Below are positions 1-13,231 of a stretch of DNA of 64,000 nucleotides, in pieces (the stretch's first letter is position 1; every line of letters starts with the position of its first letter). Source of the DNA: Pristiophorus japonicus (taxonomy: Eukaryota). The stretch is taken from NCBI RefSeq assembly GCF_044704955.1, contig NW_027251843.1:310001-374000 (forward strand), read 5' to 3'. A program made the position numbers and the translations under genes. Under the pieces are notes generated by a model, which saw nothing but the letters and a program-made list of their open reading frames with translations, made no database searches and had not been told where the DNA came from.

Positions 1-62
1 GCAAAAAACGGGCGTCCAGGTCGGGACTGCGCCGTTCTAGGCGCGGCTCGAAACTTGGGCCC
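1..62. mobile_element. End of a GC-rich non-autonomous DNA transposon (Harbinger-like MITE), truncating retroviral copy A
   Basis: GC-rich stretch ending aaacttgggccc, resembling the inverted form of the gggcccaaatt start at ~24738; retroviral RNase H homology stops here. Confidence 0.3.
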
Positions 63-63
63 A

Positions 64-631
64 TAGTGCCCGAGCAAATCGTGTACGGGGTAGGAAATTT
101 CTCGGGGTGTGTGGCCTCATATACCACCGCGGACAGTTCAGCATGCTGGGCGCTCATGGTGCTGGGGAGTTTAATAGCCAGTGCAATGTTCGCCTCTGGG
201 TCATAGACTCCGCATCTGTGAGTCATTCACCAGCAGTTACTGTGCTCGAACCGTCCACATAGATTTCACGGCCCATGGGGTGTATCCCGACCCGAAAACC
301 TACGTTGACTTCCCATACCCCTTCTACAGAGCACAGGTTGGCTGTCCCCGGGTAGACCATGTTAGCTGCGAGCCTTGGCTCGCAGAGGCCTTTTACCCTT
401 AGGTCCATCTGGGAGAGGAGTAGGGTCCAGCGAGCGATGCGAGCACTGCTCACTGTCCCATCCTTAATCCTCCCATCCAGGAGCATCTGGGAAGGTGTAT
501 GGTGGGTGAGGAGTGTGAGAGGGGGCCCTCCTGTGAAGATTAAAGATCTCTTCACAGCCCAGTGAGTGGCCAGTAAGTGCCTCTCACAGTTGGAATACCC
601 TGTTTCCACATCGGTGAGTATCCTGGAGGAG
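64..631 (-). pseudogene. pol: Copy A pol fragment: end of first RNase H/tether plus second RNase H
   Basis: ORF 223..696 SRILTDVETGYSNCERHLLATHWAVK...RIARWTLLL...IYVDGSS; shifted frame gives SAQHAELSAV...YTICS; homologous to 10700-11290 on plus. Confidence 0.8.
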
Positions 632-636
632 TAAAC

Positions 637-903
637 TTTAAAGTCCTGACCCCACAGTACAGATTTAAACGAGGCACAGGCTGTAGTCAAGGTCACTCTG
701 GACCTGCACCTTTATTTCACAGCTCTCGAGTGCCACACTTGCCTGAGACCTCCTTTATATACCTGTGTGGAACAGGTATGCAGTGACTCCTGCAAGTGCA
801 CCCCTGGTGGTAAAGTATGCTTGTGGTTACAGGTCATATCTAGTTACAGTCATGGAGAGCATGGTAAGATACAGTTATATACAGTAGTGTGTGATACATG
901 ACA
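637..903 (-). repeat. 3' LTR of Gypsy element
   Basis: Direct repeat of 5152-5418, about 19 differences in 267 bp by eye. Confidence 0.95.
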
Positions 904-930
904 TCACCCTCCCCCAAGGTCTTATTGTCT

Positions 931-3900
931 TTATAGATTCAGTCTCTCAGGTGGTCTACGCTCTCTCGTGGAGTGTCTTAGTTGTGGTTCAGTTGTTTGC
1001 CTTGGTGCCTGTTTTTCGTTCAGTGTGATTGCTGGTATCTCGCCTGGGCTGTCTGTTTTGTTCAGTATGTTAGCTGGTATCTCGCCTGGGCTGTCTGTTG
1101 AGACTGCCCTTTCCTCAGGTTGTTCCCTCTGTCTGTCCACCAGGCATGGTGTGAGTTCCACATTGTCGTCTGCTTCTGGTTCTGCAGTGTTGTTGGTGAA
1201 TCTACTTTTTACTTGGTCTACATGCCTCCGGCATGTTTGGCCATTGTCCATTTGTACAACCAGTAGCCTGTTTCCTTCCTTGCCTGTTACTGTCTCTGCA
1301 AGCCATTTGCGACCCCTGCCATAGTTGAGCACAATCACTTTGTCCCCTATCTCATTCCACCTTCCCCTCGAATTTCGGTCATGGTACTCAGTTAGCTTCC
1401 GGCGCTTTGCCTCACAATTTCATGCATGTCTGGGAGGATTAACGAGAGCCTAGTCTTTAAGATCTGTTTCATCAATAGTTGCGCGGGGGGAACCCCAGTC
1501 AACGAATGCAGATGAGATCTGTATGCCAGCAGCAGTCGCGACAGGCGGCTCTGCAGCGTGGGACCTTGGATTCTGAGCAGGCCTTGTTTAACGATTTGCA
1601 CTGCTCGCTCCTCTTGGCCATTGGAGGCCGGCTTGAACGGTGCCGTCTTAACGTGATTTATGCCGTGGTCAACTATAAAATCTTGAAATTCTGCACTGGT
1701 GAAGCACGGACCATTATCACTGACCAATATGTCAGGAATGCCGTGCATTGCAAACATGGTTCTGAGGCTCTCCACAGTGGTGGAGGTGGTGCTCGAGTTT
1801 AAAATGGTGCACTCGATCCACTTTGAAAATGCATCGACGACTACGAGGAACATTTTGCCCATGAATGGGCCCGCATAGTCTCCATGCACCCGCGACCGCG
1901 GTTTGGTGGGCCAGGGCCAGGGGCTCAGGGGGGCCTCCCTGGGGGTATTACTGAGTTGGGCACAAATGGTGCACCGCCGGATGCAGAGCTCCAAGTCCGC
2001 GTCAATGCCAGGCCACCAGTCGTGGGATCTGGCTTCAGCCTTCATAAGGATGATCCCCGGGTGCTCGCGGTGGAGCTCCCGGACAAACGCCTCTCTGCCT
2101 CGCAAGGACATAACTACTCGGCTGCCCCACATTAGGCAGTCTGCCTGCAGTGATAGTTCATGCATGCGCCTATGGAAAGGTTTGATCTCCTCGGGGCAGG
2201 CATCGCGGGCCTCTGCCCAGTCACCAATTAAAACACATCTTTTTACTAAGGATAACGTGGGTCGCTGGTCGTCCAGGCTCTGATTTGAAGAGCTGTCATG
2301 TGCGAACCTGTGGATTCAAAGGCATTGATTGCCATGACCATCTCACAGTCCTGTTCGTCGGCCCCTTCCGTGGTCGCCAGGGGTATCCTGCTAAGCGCAT
2401 CGGCACAGTTGTCTGTGCCTGGTCTGTGCCTTATTGTGTAGTCGGAAGATGCCAGCATGAGTACCCACCGCTGAATGCGTGCCGAGGCTTTGGCGTTTAT
2501 TGCCTTGCACTTGGATAGCAGGACGTGAGGGGTTTGTGGTCAGTTTCTAACGCAAACTTGGCCCCGAAAAGGTATTAGTGCATTTTTTTGACACCGTACA
2601 CGCACGCGAGCGCCTCCTTCTCAACCATACCGTGCCCGCGCTCTGCCCGTGAAAGTGACCTGGAGGCATAAGCAATGGATTGTAATTTACCCACTTCATT
2701 GACATGCTGTAAAGCGCACCTGACCCTGTACGCTGATGCATCACATGTAAGAACTAACTTTTTACCTGGGTCAAAAAAGGCTAAAACACTGCTGGAACAC
2801 AGAAGGTTGCGTGCCTTATTGAAGGCGTGTTCCTGGGCGTCCCCCCAAAACCCATTCCACCCCTTCCTGAGTAGCACGTGGAGAGGCTCCAGCAGCGTGC
2901 TCAAGTTCTGCATAAAGTTCCCAAAGTAATTGAGTATCCCAAGAAAGGCGCGCAGTTCCAAAACATTCCGGGGCCTGGGTGCCAGATGAATTGCTTCGGT
3001 TTTGGATTCTGTTGGGCGGATTCCATCAGCGGCAATCCTTCTGCCCAAAAATTCAACCTCGGGTGCGAGAAACAGACACTTGGATTTCTTAACTCTTAGG
3101 CCTACCCGATCCGATCGACTTAGTACTTCCTCCAAATTGCGGACATGGGAGTCGGTGTCCCTGCCCGTGATAAGTATGTCGTCTTGAAACACAACCGTCC
3201 CCGGGATGGACTTGAGCAGACTCACCATGTTGCTCTGGAATATAGCAGCTGCCGACCTGATGCCGAATGGGCATCGATTGTACATAAAAAGGCCTTGATG
3301 TGTTTTGATGGTGGTGAGTAGCTTAGAATCTTCGATCAGTTCTTGCATCATATATGCAGCTGTGAGATCTAGTTTCGAGAAAAGCTTTCCTCCAGCCATT
3401 GTGGCAAGTAGGTCCTCCACTCTGGGCAGCGGGTATTGGTCCTGTAGGGAGACTTTGTTTATGGTAGACTTGTAATCCCCACAGATTCGTACGAATCCAT
3501 CAGGCTTCATGACGGGGACGATGGGACTTGCCCAGTCGCTAAATTCCACGGGTGAGATAATGCCTTCCCGCAGAAGCCGGTCCAGTTCGTGTACAATCTT
3601 TTCCCTCATCACATAAGGCACAGCTCTAGCCTTGTGATGGACCGGTCTAGCATCCTGTGTGATGTAGATTTTAACTTTAGCCCCTTTGAAGGTGCCCACA
3701 CCTGGCTGAAAGAGATGTTCAAAATGACTGAGAACTGTTGAGCAGGAGGTCTGTTCCTCTGACGACATGGCGTGAACATCATCCCATTTCCAATTTAATT
3801 TTGCCAGCCAGCTTCTCCCCAACAGTGCTGGGAGATCTCCGGGAACAATCCACAGGAAAGTTGGTTCACCGTCCCTTTGTGTGTGACTGAGAGCATGGCG

Positions 3901-5116
3901 CTGCCAAGGACTGGGATGATTTCTTTGGTATAGGTCCTTAGTTTAGTGTCGATCCTTGTGAGTTTTGGTCTGTTGCTTTTGTGCGGCCACAGCTGTTCAA
4001 AGTGTTGGACGCTCATGAGAAATTGACTAGCTCCCGTGTCCAGTTCCATGTTGACGGGTATCCCGTTGAGTAGGACCCTCATCATTATTGGAGGCATCTT
4101 GTTGTAAGAACAGTGGACATTGATCGTGTTGACCCGCTGTACCCCAGCGACCCGGGCACTGTCCCCACCGTCTTTTGGTCCGCGTTCCGACCCTTCCGAT
4201 TCATATACCAGACGAGCTGCTGTTTTTCTGCACATGCGAGCCAGATGCCCTGTATAGTTGCAGTTTCTGCAAACAGCATGCTGAAATCGACACCCCCTTG
4301 TTGAGTGCCTTCCCCCACATCTCCAGCACAGACCACTTCCATTGTTTCCGAAGGATGAGCTGCGTCTGGCTGATCTATTTTGAGCTTCTCTCAGTTTGTA
4401 GTTGATTGCTCGCCTTGTGGGTTGATAAGGTGTGCACGGCCGTTCATGTGGCCCTTGATGGCTTCTGGCGCCACTGCCTACTGTTGAAGGCCTGTTCTTC
4501 TGCCTTTGTCTGTGTGTGGGGGTAGCGGCTTGTTTCACGCTGTGAACCCCTTGTTCCGATGTTTTGTTAGTTGTCGTACCCGCAGTATAAATCAACCTCA
4601 TTTCTTCTTCTCCTACCAAGAATGTCTGTGCGACCAGTGCTGCTGCCTCTAGGGTCACGTTCTTGGTCTCTATAAGCTTTCGGAATATGCCTGCATGGCC
4701 TATTTCTTCAATAAAAAAGTCTCTCAGTACTTCTCTCCTTAGTTCATCGGAGAACTCACATAAACTAGCTAGCCTCCGAAGTTCCGCCACAAAGGCGGGT
4801 ATGCTCTGGCCCACACAGCATTTGTAGTTGCAGAACCTGTGTCTGGCTATGTGTAGGCTGCTCGCTGGCTTCAGGTGGTCTCTTACCAGTGTGCTCAACT
4901 CCTCAAATGACTTGCTTGCTGGTTTCTCGGGTGCCAGCAGGTCCTTCATTAAGGCGCATGTTTTCGAGCCACAGCTAGTCAAGAGATGGGCTCTTCACTT
5001 GTCTGCCTTATCGTCGCCCAACCAGTCATTGGTTAAAAGCTTTGCTGGAGCCTTTCTATAAAGTCCTCCCAATTGTCTCCAGCATTGTATTTCTCATCTG
5101 AGCCGTTGGTAGCCAT
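931..5116 (-). pseudogene. Gypsy gag-pol (two zinc knuckles, LDTGAS protease, RT FQDD, RNase H, integrase), frameshifted
   Basis: ORFs 3795..4982 (CWRC...CRNCNYTGHLARMC, ELDTGAS), 2575..3822 (RT), 1392..2165 (HHCC, VSDNG integrase), 931..1338. Confidence 0.92.
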
Positions 5117-5151
5117 TCTGTGGATTCTGTGATCCCATAACTCGTCGCCAC

Positions 5152-5418
5152 TGTAAAGTCTTGACCCTGCAGTACAGACTTACATGAGGCACATGCTGAA
5201 GTCAAGGTTACTCTGGACCTGCACCTTTATTTCACAGCTCTCGAATGCCACACTTGCCTGAGACCTCCTTTATATACCTGTGTGGAACAGGTATGCAGTG
5301 TCTCCTGAAAGTGTACCCCTGGTGGTCAAGTATGCTTGTGGTTACAGGTTATATCTAGTTACAGTCATGTACAGCATGGTAAGATACAGTTATATACAGT
5401 AGTGTGAGATACATGACA
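5152..5418 (-). repeat. 5' LTR of Gypsy element
   Basis: TGTCATG...TTTACA on minus, AATAAA inside, followed by the PBS. Confidence 0.95.
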
Positions 5419-5423
5419 TAAAC

Positions 5424-6950
5424 CACCAGTCTCAGCTGGCCGTGCCGTTCCTGCAACAGCACTGTGCTCAGACTGTCCCTGCTGGCTGCCATCTCCAGGA
5501 AAAACTCTCTCCCCTGATCAATCGATCCTAGGGCCGGTGTGGTCTGCAGCCTTTCTTTGAGTTGTTTAAATGCTGCCTTGCAACCCTCGTCCCAATCCCA
5601 CTCCACTCCCTTGTGTAGGAGCTGGAGCAGAGGGGCTGCTGTGGCAGCATAATCCTCAATGAAGTCTCTGCAGTATCCTGTTAGCCCCAGAAAAGATCTC
5701 ACTCCCGTTACTGTGTTGGGGGTTGGTAATTCCTGTACTGCCTCCTTTCTAGCCTTGTCAATGGCTCTTTCCCCAGCACGCACCGTCAGTCCTAGGAATT
5801 TGACTTCCTTCTGGCCGATCTGCGCCTTCTTGGGGTTAACTTTAAAACCTGCCTCCCTAAGTAGCTCCAGCAGCTCAGCCAGCAGTGGGCCAAACTCCTC
5901 ACCCTCACCGGTGAATAGGAGCAGGTCGTCCACATACTAGACCAGCTGCCGGGGTCTGCTAAAACCCTTCAAGCAGTTAGCCATGCATTGATGAAAAATG
6001 CTGGGGCTGTTATGAAAACCCTGGGGCAGGCAGTTCCAAGTGTACTGTTGGCCTTTAAATGTAAAAGCGAACTTGTACTGGTCCTCCCTTCGCAAGGGAA
6101 TGGACCAAACCCGTTGGAAACATCCAGCACCGTGAAGGTGGTTGCGGATGCTGGAATACTTCCAATGAGGTCGGCAACAGCTGCGACCGTGGGTACACAG
6201 GTGGGGATATTACGGTTGAGTACCCGGTAATCCACCGTGGCTCTCAGGAATTGTCCGGTTTCTTAACCGGACACAGTGGAGAGTTCACATTGGTGGCTAT
6301 CGGTCTCAATAGCCTCTGTTTAACCAAAGAACTCATGGCCATTTCCATGTCTGCCTCTGCTTCCCTGGGGAAATTGTACTGCTTTTGTGGTCGGGTCATG
6401 GGGTCCCCACTCACACTGACCTCGACTCTGTTTAATCTCCGACAATCATGTTTGTGAGTGGCAAACGTGACGAGGTGTACTCGCACAACAGCCTGGTACT
6501 CCACTGGTGTGTTACTGACCAGTAGTTCAAGGTTGTAACCCTCCTTTGACTTCATTGTACACAGGGTCCCCTTTCCCTGTTTCTCTGGGATGACTGCTAC
6601 CTCACTTTCTTTACTGTTACAGGCTGCCCCCCACAGACAATGGTTTCTTAAATCCACGAGAACCCGGTGACCTATAATAAAGTAGGCACCAGGATTCCTT
6701 TTCCCTCCTGCTCCCACTTCATCAGGACACACGTCCACTTAGTGTGCAGTGTCACTAATTGAATGGACAGTGGGATGGAGAATGAGCCAGCCTGTTCATT
6801 GCCCATGAATCCCATTAGGCTGTACGGGGTCCCGTTTGATAGAGGTGAGGCTGTGGGGTCATCTGCATAGACTGTGGTGCATGATGCTCCAGTGTCCAGC
6901 AAATAAGTCCCCTTTACTCTCTCCACCTCCATCTCGACATACGATTGCAT
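5424..6950 (-). pseudogene. pol: Copy A protease and reverse transcriptase
   Basis: ORFs 6672..6950 (LLDTGAS), 6244..6738 (KQYNFP, NSPLCPVKKPD), 5969..6235, 5355..5933; in-frame TAG just before YVDD. Confidence 0.88.
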
Positions 6951-6993
6951 CGTACACTAGGGGACACAGGTAGACAGGCTGTGCTGGTTTTCG

Positions 6994-8794
6994 TCATAAA
7001 TCTGGGTGAGATGGGGCAGATGGTATCACTGCACCGGTGGCTGTGGCTACCTTCCCCGGACCCATTAGTGCGGTTCGGAGTACAGCCATCACGGTCTCAA
7101 ATGTTTGGGTAGAGACCGACGGCTCGGTCTTTTGGGCTGGGACTGTGGGATTCTTTCCTACCCTGTCCTTCCAGGGATTCCAACAGTCCTTCCTCCAATG
7201 CCCATTCTTCCCACACCCAAAGCAGTTACACTTGGTTTCGGAAGGGTTACCCCCTTCCTGGTGCCACTCTTTCTTTCCCTGACTGGGTTTTAACTCATGT
7301 ACCTTTCCCTTGGGTGGGTGCTCTTCCCCCCTGCAGTTCCGATATGCCATGGTCAGTTGCCTGATCACTGTTTCCTCGGTGGCGTGGGGTCCCTCGGGTC
7401 AAACCAAAGCTCTGCTCTGGCTTTGATCCGGGCCAGGCTATTCGCCACTATGCTCCGGAGCCATTGTGCCCGTTCGCCCGGTGTAAGGTTTGCCCGGTCG
7501 AGAGCCATACTGCAGGCTCGCTGATACACAGGCCACAGCCTGTCAGCGAAAGCCTGAGGGGTATCTCCCACAAGCTGCACTGTCCTCTCCACTCTGGAGA
7601 AGGGACTTCCCTCATTTAGACCCATGGTCTCCAGAACTTCATCCCGGACATCATCATATGTACCCCTGCCCTTTCTGCACGCCGCCAAAAGGGACTGGTA
7701 CAGCTTGCTGTCCAGGGAGAAAAGGAGCAGTTTTACCTGCTCTGAGTCATCACATCCGCTAATCTCGGCTGCCTGTTCCACTTCCATGAAGCGGACGGAG
7801 GGGCCTCCCTTATGTGTAAGCTTACTCAGGTGGCTTACCATAGCCCTCAACTGTTGGGTAGTGTGGGGAACCACGAATTGGCTCTCAAGAACCCCCGGTG
7901 CTCCACCCACAGGCGCGCTGAACTTTTGCTGCCGGACCGGACACATTGGTCCAGGCTTTCAGTTCTGGCTCACCCTTCTCTCCCTGCTGCCAAACTGAGT
8001 TAAACCCCGGCACCACAGGTGGTGGTGGTCCGTACTCCCTGCCTGCCTGAGCAATTGTCCCTTGTCCCTCCTTCCTGCTGCCCAACCGAGTTGTTCCCCG
8101 GCGCCACAGGGGGTGACTGAACAGTTTTCTCCTCCTCTTCCAGGTCTGCCCGGGTCGTACCCGGACTTATGAGGCACACCATGCCTCTTGCCCTGGACAG
8201 AGCGCGGTTTAAACTTTCAATTTGCTGCTGGCAGGGGCTGTGATCTCCCAACTCAAACCCCTTAGTGCTGGTTACTCTGTAGGCTGCCTGGATGTCTTTG
8301 ACGCTCTCCTCCTGCTCTTTCATTTGTCTATTAAGGCGAGTGTTCTCTTCTTGCAGTATCAATTCATTTTTCTTAGCCTCGGTGACCTGACACTGCACAT
8401 AATCCAACCTATTCCTGAACTTCTTCCCTGTGTAAAGCCTTTCCTCGTTGTGCTCATGTAACTCTCTCATTAACCTTTCCCCTATGATTGTTTGTGCACT
8501 AGACTGTTCCTCTGCCTCTTTCAGTTCAGCCATTAGTTTCTCTACTGTGGAATCTAAGAGTTGGACCTGTTTATGCAGACATACTAGCCAAATTGCCTTT
8601 TCCACTGCCTTTTTGTGAGTTTTTCCCTCTGTCCACTGGACTGCAGCGTCCCCTGGATGCTCAGCACGCAACAGATCGCGTACTCACTTCTTTGTTACAT
8701 TCACTCTTTTGACCACATAGGAAGCAATCCTCTCTTCTATTTTACTTCTTTTCTCACAACCAAAGTCTGTCTCCTCACATCACTTTTGCCACAT
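6994..8794 (-). pseudogene. gag: Copy A gag: N-terminal coiled coil, capsid with major homology region, single CCHC knuckle
   Basis: ORFs 8000..8671 (heptad-rich), 7365..7946 (QLVGDTPQAFADRL), 6994..7368 (CFGCGKNGHWRKDC); start codon uncertain. Confidence 0.82.
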
Positions 8795-8811
8795 TCCCTT
8801 CGTGGTCGCCA
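8795..8811 (-). other. Primer binding site, tRNA-Arg(TCG)
   Basis: Plus strand TCCCTTCGTGGTCGCCA matches, from memory, the 3' 17 nt of vertebrate tRNA-Arg(TCG) including CCA; lies between LTR end and gag. Confidence 0.85.
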
Positions 8812-8812
8812 T

Positions 8813-9410
8813 TATGGCTGGTGTTTTGGTCAGGTTTCTCTGACTCCTTGTTGTTTTCGAGGCACCCTACACCCTGGATTCTAGACTGTGGACTGATTTG
8901 GGGGTTGTGAGAAACTGAGACAGAGTTGGGTAAGATGCAAAACTGGTTTTATTGTGTTCAAACAGAGTAAAAGGCACGTTTTTAATAATCACAGTAATCA
9001 GGTACAAATAGGGAGAAATGGCAACTCAAATGATCTATATTTGGGAAGAACACATAACACATATAACAGATTAAAAGAACACAGTCCTCTCACCTCCCAA
9101 AATACTTATGCACTAACCCTGGAAGGGGAAAACACACACGAACATCAACAGGTAGGAACAGTAAGAAAAACCCAACCTCCCAGACCCACTATCTAGCTAG
9201 GTTAGAACTCTGGGGTTTCAGGGACCATGCTCACCAATTCCCTTTTGACAGTTCCCACTCCGGGGTTCGCCTCAGTTGTCCTGATCCTGTTCCAAACTCC
9301 AGGGTTTGCCTTAGTTGTCCTGATCCTGTTCCAAACTCCAGGGTTTGCCTTAGTTGTCCGGGTTCGGTAGTCTGTACCCCGGACCTCATTGGGGATTTCA
9401 ACCTACGGTT
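8813..9410 (-). repeat. Partial 5' LTR (R/U5 side) of copy A
   Basis: AATAAA on minus at 8948-8953; blocks of similarity to solo LTRs 13232-14690 and 14732-16245; internal 39-bp tandem repeat at 9252-9359. Confidence 0.75.
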
Positions 9411-9544
9411 TCCATGAGGTTGGCTCCCTTTTGCCTTTTTCCTTTTACAACTTAGATCTCCACTTGAAAAATCCAAAGCTCATTTTTAACAGTGCAAGAG
9501 GAGCTTTTCTTTACTTTTCAGGGAGAGGGACTCATGGGAATTTT

Positions 9545-12032
9545 TGGGAACCCTTCAATGATGAATCCGAAAAGGAGTTATGATTTAGAAGGATTAGTCG
9601 ATAATATTCTGGCCCAGTATCAAGGTATGTACGGCAGAATATGGATGCGTTTGCAATTCACAAGCACGATTGCGGGAGAGTATCTAGGGTAGAGGTGAAG
9701 ATAGATGGGGATTCGATGACACGACCCCAGAAACAGTATAATTTTCCCCGGGAAGTAGAAAGGGATTTGGAAACTGCTATAAATTCCCTGGTGGATCAAG
9801 GTGTGTTGAGGACCACAGCCACACATGTAAACTCACCCCTATGGCCAGTAAAGAAGCCCGATAACTCATGGAGGGCCACGGTAGATGACCGAATCCTGAA
9901 TAAAAATATTCCAGCCTGTGCGCCCACGGTAGCAGTGGTAGCGGATTTGATCGGGAGTATCCCTGCGGCCACAACAACTTTCACAGTGCTGGACATTTCA
10001 AATGGGTTTTGGTCCATTCCCCTGAGACGGGAGGACCAGTATAAATCTACCTTTACCTTTAAAGGTCAGCAGTATACGTGGACATGTCTTCCACAAGGGT
10101 TTCACAACAGTCCCTCGATCTTCCACCAAAGTATGGCCGAGGCATTAAACAGTTTTAGTCAGCCAGATCGGTTGGTCCAATATGTGGACGACCTGTTGTT
10201 ATTCTCCGAAAGTGCGGAGGACCACGGGCCATTATTGAGTGAATTACTGCATTTGTTGAAAGAAGCAGGTTTTAAAGTAAATCCCCAGAAAGCTCAAATA
10301 GGCAAAGAGGAGGTGCAGTTTCCAGGTTTGACCATTGGGGCAGGAGAAAGGGCCATAGATGGAGCTAAGAGAAAGACAGTCCAGGAACTACCTGTTCCTA
10401 AGGACGTGTCTGGAGTAAGGTCTTTCCTGGGAATAACGGGTTACTGCAGGGAATTCATAGAGGGATATATAACCATGGCAGCTCCTTTGTTGAGGCTTCT
10501 TAGGAAAGGAGTAGAGTGGGAATGGAGTGAGAGTTGTCAGGAAACTTTCATTTGGTTAAAAGCGGTGTTACAGACAGCACCAGCATCGGGAGCAGTAAAT
10601 GGGGACCAGGACTTTAGTCTGGAGGTAGCAGCGACTGGGGACAGTTTGAGTGCAGTGTTACTCCAGGAGCGACACAGCAAGCTGAGACCGGTGGCCTACG
10701 TCTCCCGAGTTCTCACCGAAGTAGAAAAGAGTTTTTTCAAATTGCAAACGACATCTATTTGCAACTTTTTGAGCAGTAAAGCATTTTCGGTCGCTCACAG
10801 GGTTAGCTACAGTAACTTTACTGACCTGTCACACCACGACACAATTGTTACTGGATGGTAGAATGAAAGATGGGACAGTGAGCAGTAACAGGATTGCCCG
10901 CTGGACATTGTTGCTGACTCAGTTAGACCTGAAGGTCGAGAGGCCAGGAGAACCAAAGCTAGCCCCGAACTTGGTTTATCCGGGGGCAGCTCATGTGTGT
11001 TCAGTGGAAGGAGTGTGGGATGTAGATGTGAGATTCTGAGCAGGAGAACACCCGACAGGTAGGGACATCTATGTAGATGGGTCTAGTTCAGTAATAAACA
11101 GAGAGAGAAAGACAAGCTGTGGGATTTACAATCCAGAGGCAGTGATAGAGAAAGCCATAAAATCCCCAACACTTTGAGTATGCAGCAGACCGAGCTAGCA
11201 GCGGTAGCGTATGTAGTCACACACCCGAACGAATTCCCAACTCCCTATACGATATGTTCAGACTCCATGTTCATTTCTAACTGCTGTACAGAGTATTTAG
11301 CCATATTGGCGAGGCGAGGGTTTAAGTCCTCTGACGGAAATCCGTTGGTGTTGACTCCATTGTTAAAAGTCATTTTGGACGTCACGGGTTGGGACCAGAA
11401 GGATTACTACATCCAAAAGGTCAAAGCACAATCTAAGACAGAGCCCAAGTGGGAAGGGAATGAGAAAGCAGACACACTGGCTAAAACAGGGGCAGGAGAA
11501 GGGACACCTTGGGACCCATATCACTGTGGACAGATCACGGCTGTAACAGGCAGAGAGAGGCCCAAAGAAGTCCCATTGTCGCCTGATTTAAAACAGGCTC
11601 AGCTACAGGATGCAGACCTTAGAGCAGCGATTAGGGACAAGATAGATGGGAAGCATGTTGCGGGACCTTTGGGAGCTGCAGACATAGAAGTAAAGCAAGG
11701 AATGTTGTTCAAGGGAGATAGTTGGATCGTGCCAGGACAGTGCAGGGAAGAATTCTTGCAGCTGGTGCATGTGGGTCCAGGAGCTGGACATCCAGGGCCA
11801 GAAACAATGTGGAATAAAGTAGAAGCTGTGGGATGGTGGCCCGGGCTTAGAAGTGATGTCAGGGATTATTGCCAGAATTGTCTGGTATGTGCCACAAACA
11901 ATCCACACCCCCACCGAGGAAGGCTCCGTTGGGACACACGAGGAGTGTAGAGGGGTCATGGCAGTCTATACAGATAGATTTCATTGGGCCACTGTCCACC
12001 TCAGGCAGATGCAATAAATATTCCTTGGTGTT
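9545..12032 (+). pseudogene. pol: Copy B pol: RT, RNase H-like tether, second RNase H, integrase N-terminus
   Basis: ORF 9641..10861 (WTCLPQGFHNSPSIFHQ, YVDD); IYVDGSS at ~11067; ORF 11174..11950 (ELAAV, ICSDS, GNEKADTLAK, H-H-C-C zinc finger); QIDFIGPL then cut by Gypsy LTR. Confidence 0.9.
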
Positions 12033-13231
12033 TGTTATTATTAATGCTTGGAGGTCACCAGACACCAGAGGGCGCCGCGGTCAGAGTTGTACACATGTGG
12101 CAGGTATGCTTGGTCACCTGTATATAAGCTGTGTGTCTTTGTCACGCAGGCACTCTTGGGCTGGAATAAAGACGGATCAGGTTGCACCTGAATGAGTTTA
12201 CAGTAACCAGACTCTTGAGTCATTACAATTGGCGACGAGGTAATTTAAGAACCTTCGCATGCACAATGGGCACTGTTGGAATTTCGGAGAGATTTGTGGA
12301 GGGCGAGGAGTGGGCAGATTTTGGCGACCGCCTGGATCAGTATTTTGTGGCCAACCGCATGGAGGCAGAGGCCTCCACAGTTAAGCACAGGGCAGTTCTC
12401 CTCACCCTTTGTGGTCCGAAAATCTTCTCTCATGAAGAATCTTCTCTCGCCTGTACGTCAGGCGGAAAAAGGGTACGAGGAATTGTGTACGTTGGTGGGT
12501 GACCATCTGAAGCCAAAAGAGGGGATCATCATATCACGCTACCGTTTGTACACGCATGTTCGTGTTGAGGGCCAGGTCGTGTCGGGATTTGTCGCCAACC
12601 TGCGATGTCTTGCTGAGCCGTGTAAGTTTGGGAACTTGCTGGAAGACATGCTGCATGATGTCTTCATGATAGTTATCTGCCATGATGTGATCCTCAGGAA
12701 GCTGTTAGCTGCAGAGACGCTGGATTTGAAAAAGGCCATCGCGACTGCCCAGGCATGCATGACAACGGATGATAATCTGAGGCAGATATCATCGAAGAGT
12801 GGGAGTTCCACGGCAAGTACTGTAAACAAGATGGCGTCGCCTTTGGGCAGAGCTGCTTACGCAAAATGTGCTGCTGCTCAGAGACCGGCAACAGGTTCGA
12901 ACCAGATTTTACCCTGTTGGCGTTGTGGGGGCAATCATTGGCCTCATCAGTGTCGGTTTAGACAATACTGATGCAATGGATGTTCGAAAGTGGGGCATTT
13001 TCACAGGATGTGTCCACAACGGTGCAAGCGTGGTGCGGCTCACTACGTGGTTGATGAGGACCAGTTCAGTGATGGCCCGGATACACAACCTGATGTGGAA
13101 GTGAATGGACTGTATTCTGTGCAAGAGATAGATGATAGTCATTAACGTGAAGCTGAATAGCATGCCTGTATCAATGGAGCTGGACACGGGTGTGAGCCAG
13201 TCGATAATGAGCCAATGGACATTCGACAAGC

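Larger units (their letters stand above)
637..5418 (-). mobile_element. Full-length Ty3/Gypsy LTR retrotransposon (Mag-like), decayed
   Basis: Two 267-bp LTRs; 5-bp TSD TAAAC at 632-636 and 5419-5423; PBS TGGCGACGAG at 5141-5150 (tRNA-Ser(GCT)-like); PPT at ~904-916; gag-pro-RT-RH-IN order. Confidence 0.95.
64..9410 (-). mobile_element. Lokiretrovirus-like endogenous element, copy A (partial 5' LTR, PBS, gag, pro, RT, two RNase H domains), interrupted by a Gypsy at 637-5418
   Basis: Order on minus strand: LTR, PBS, gag (coiled coil, MHR, CCHC), LLDTGAS protease, RT (LPQGFHNSP, YVDD), RNase H-like tether, second RNase H (IYVDGSS). Many stops and frameshifts. Confidence 0.8.
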
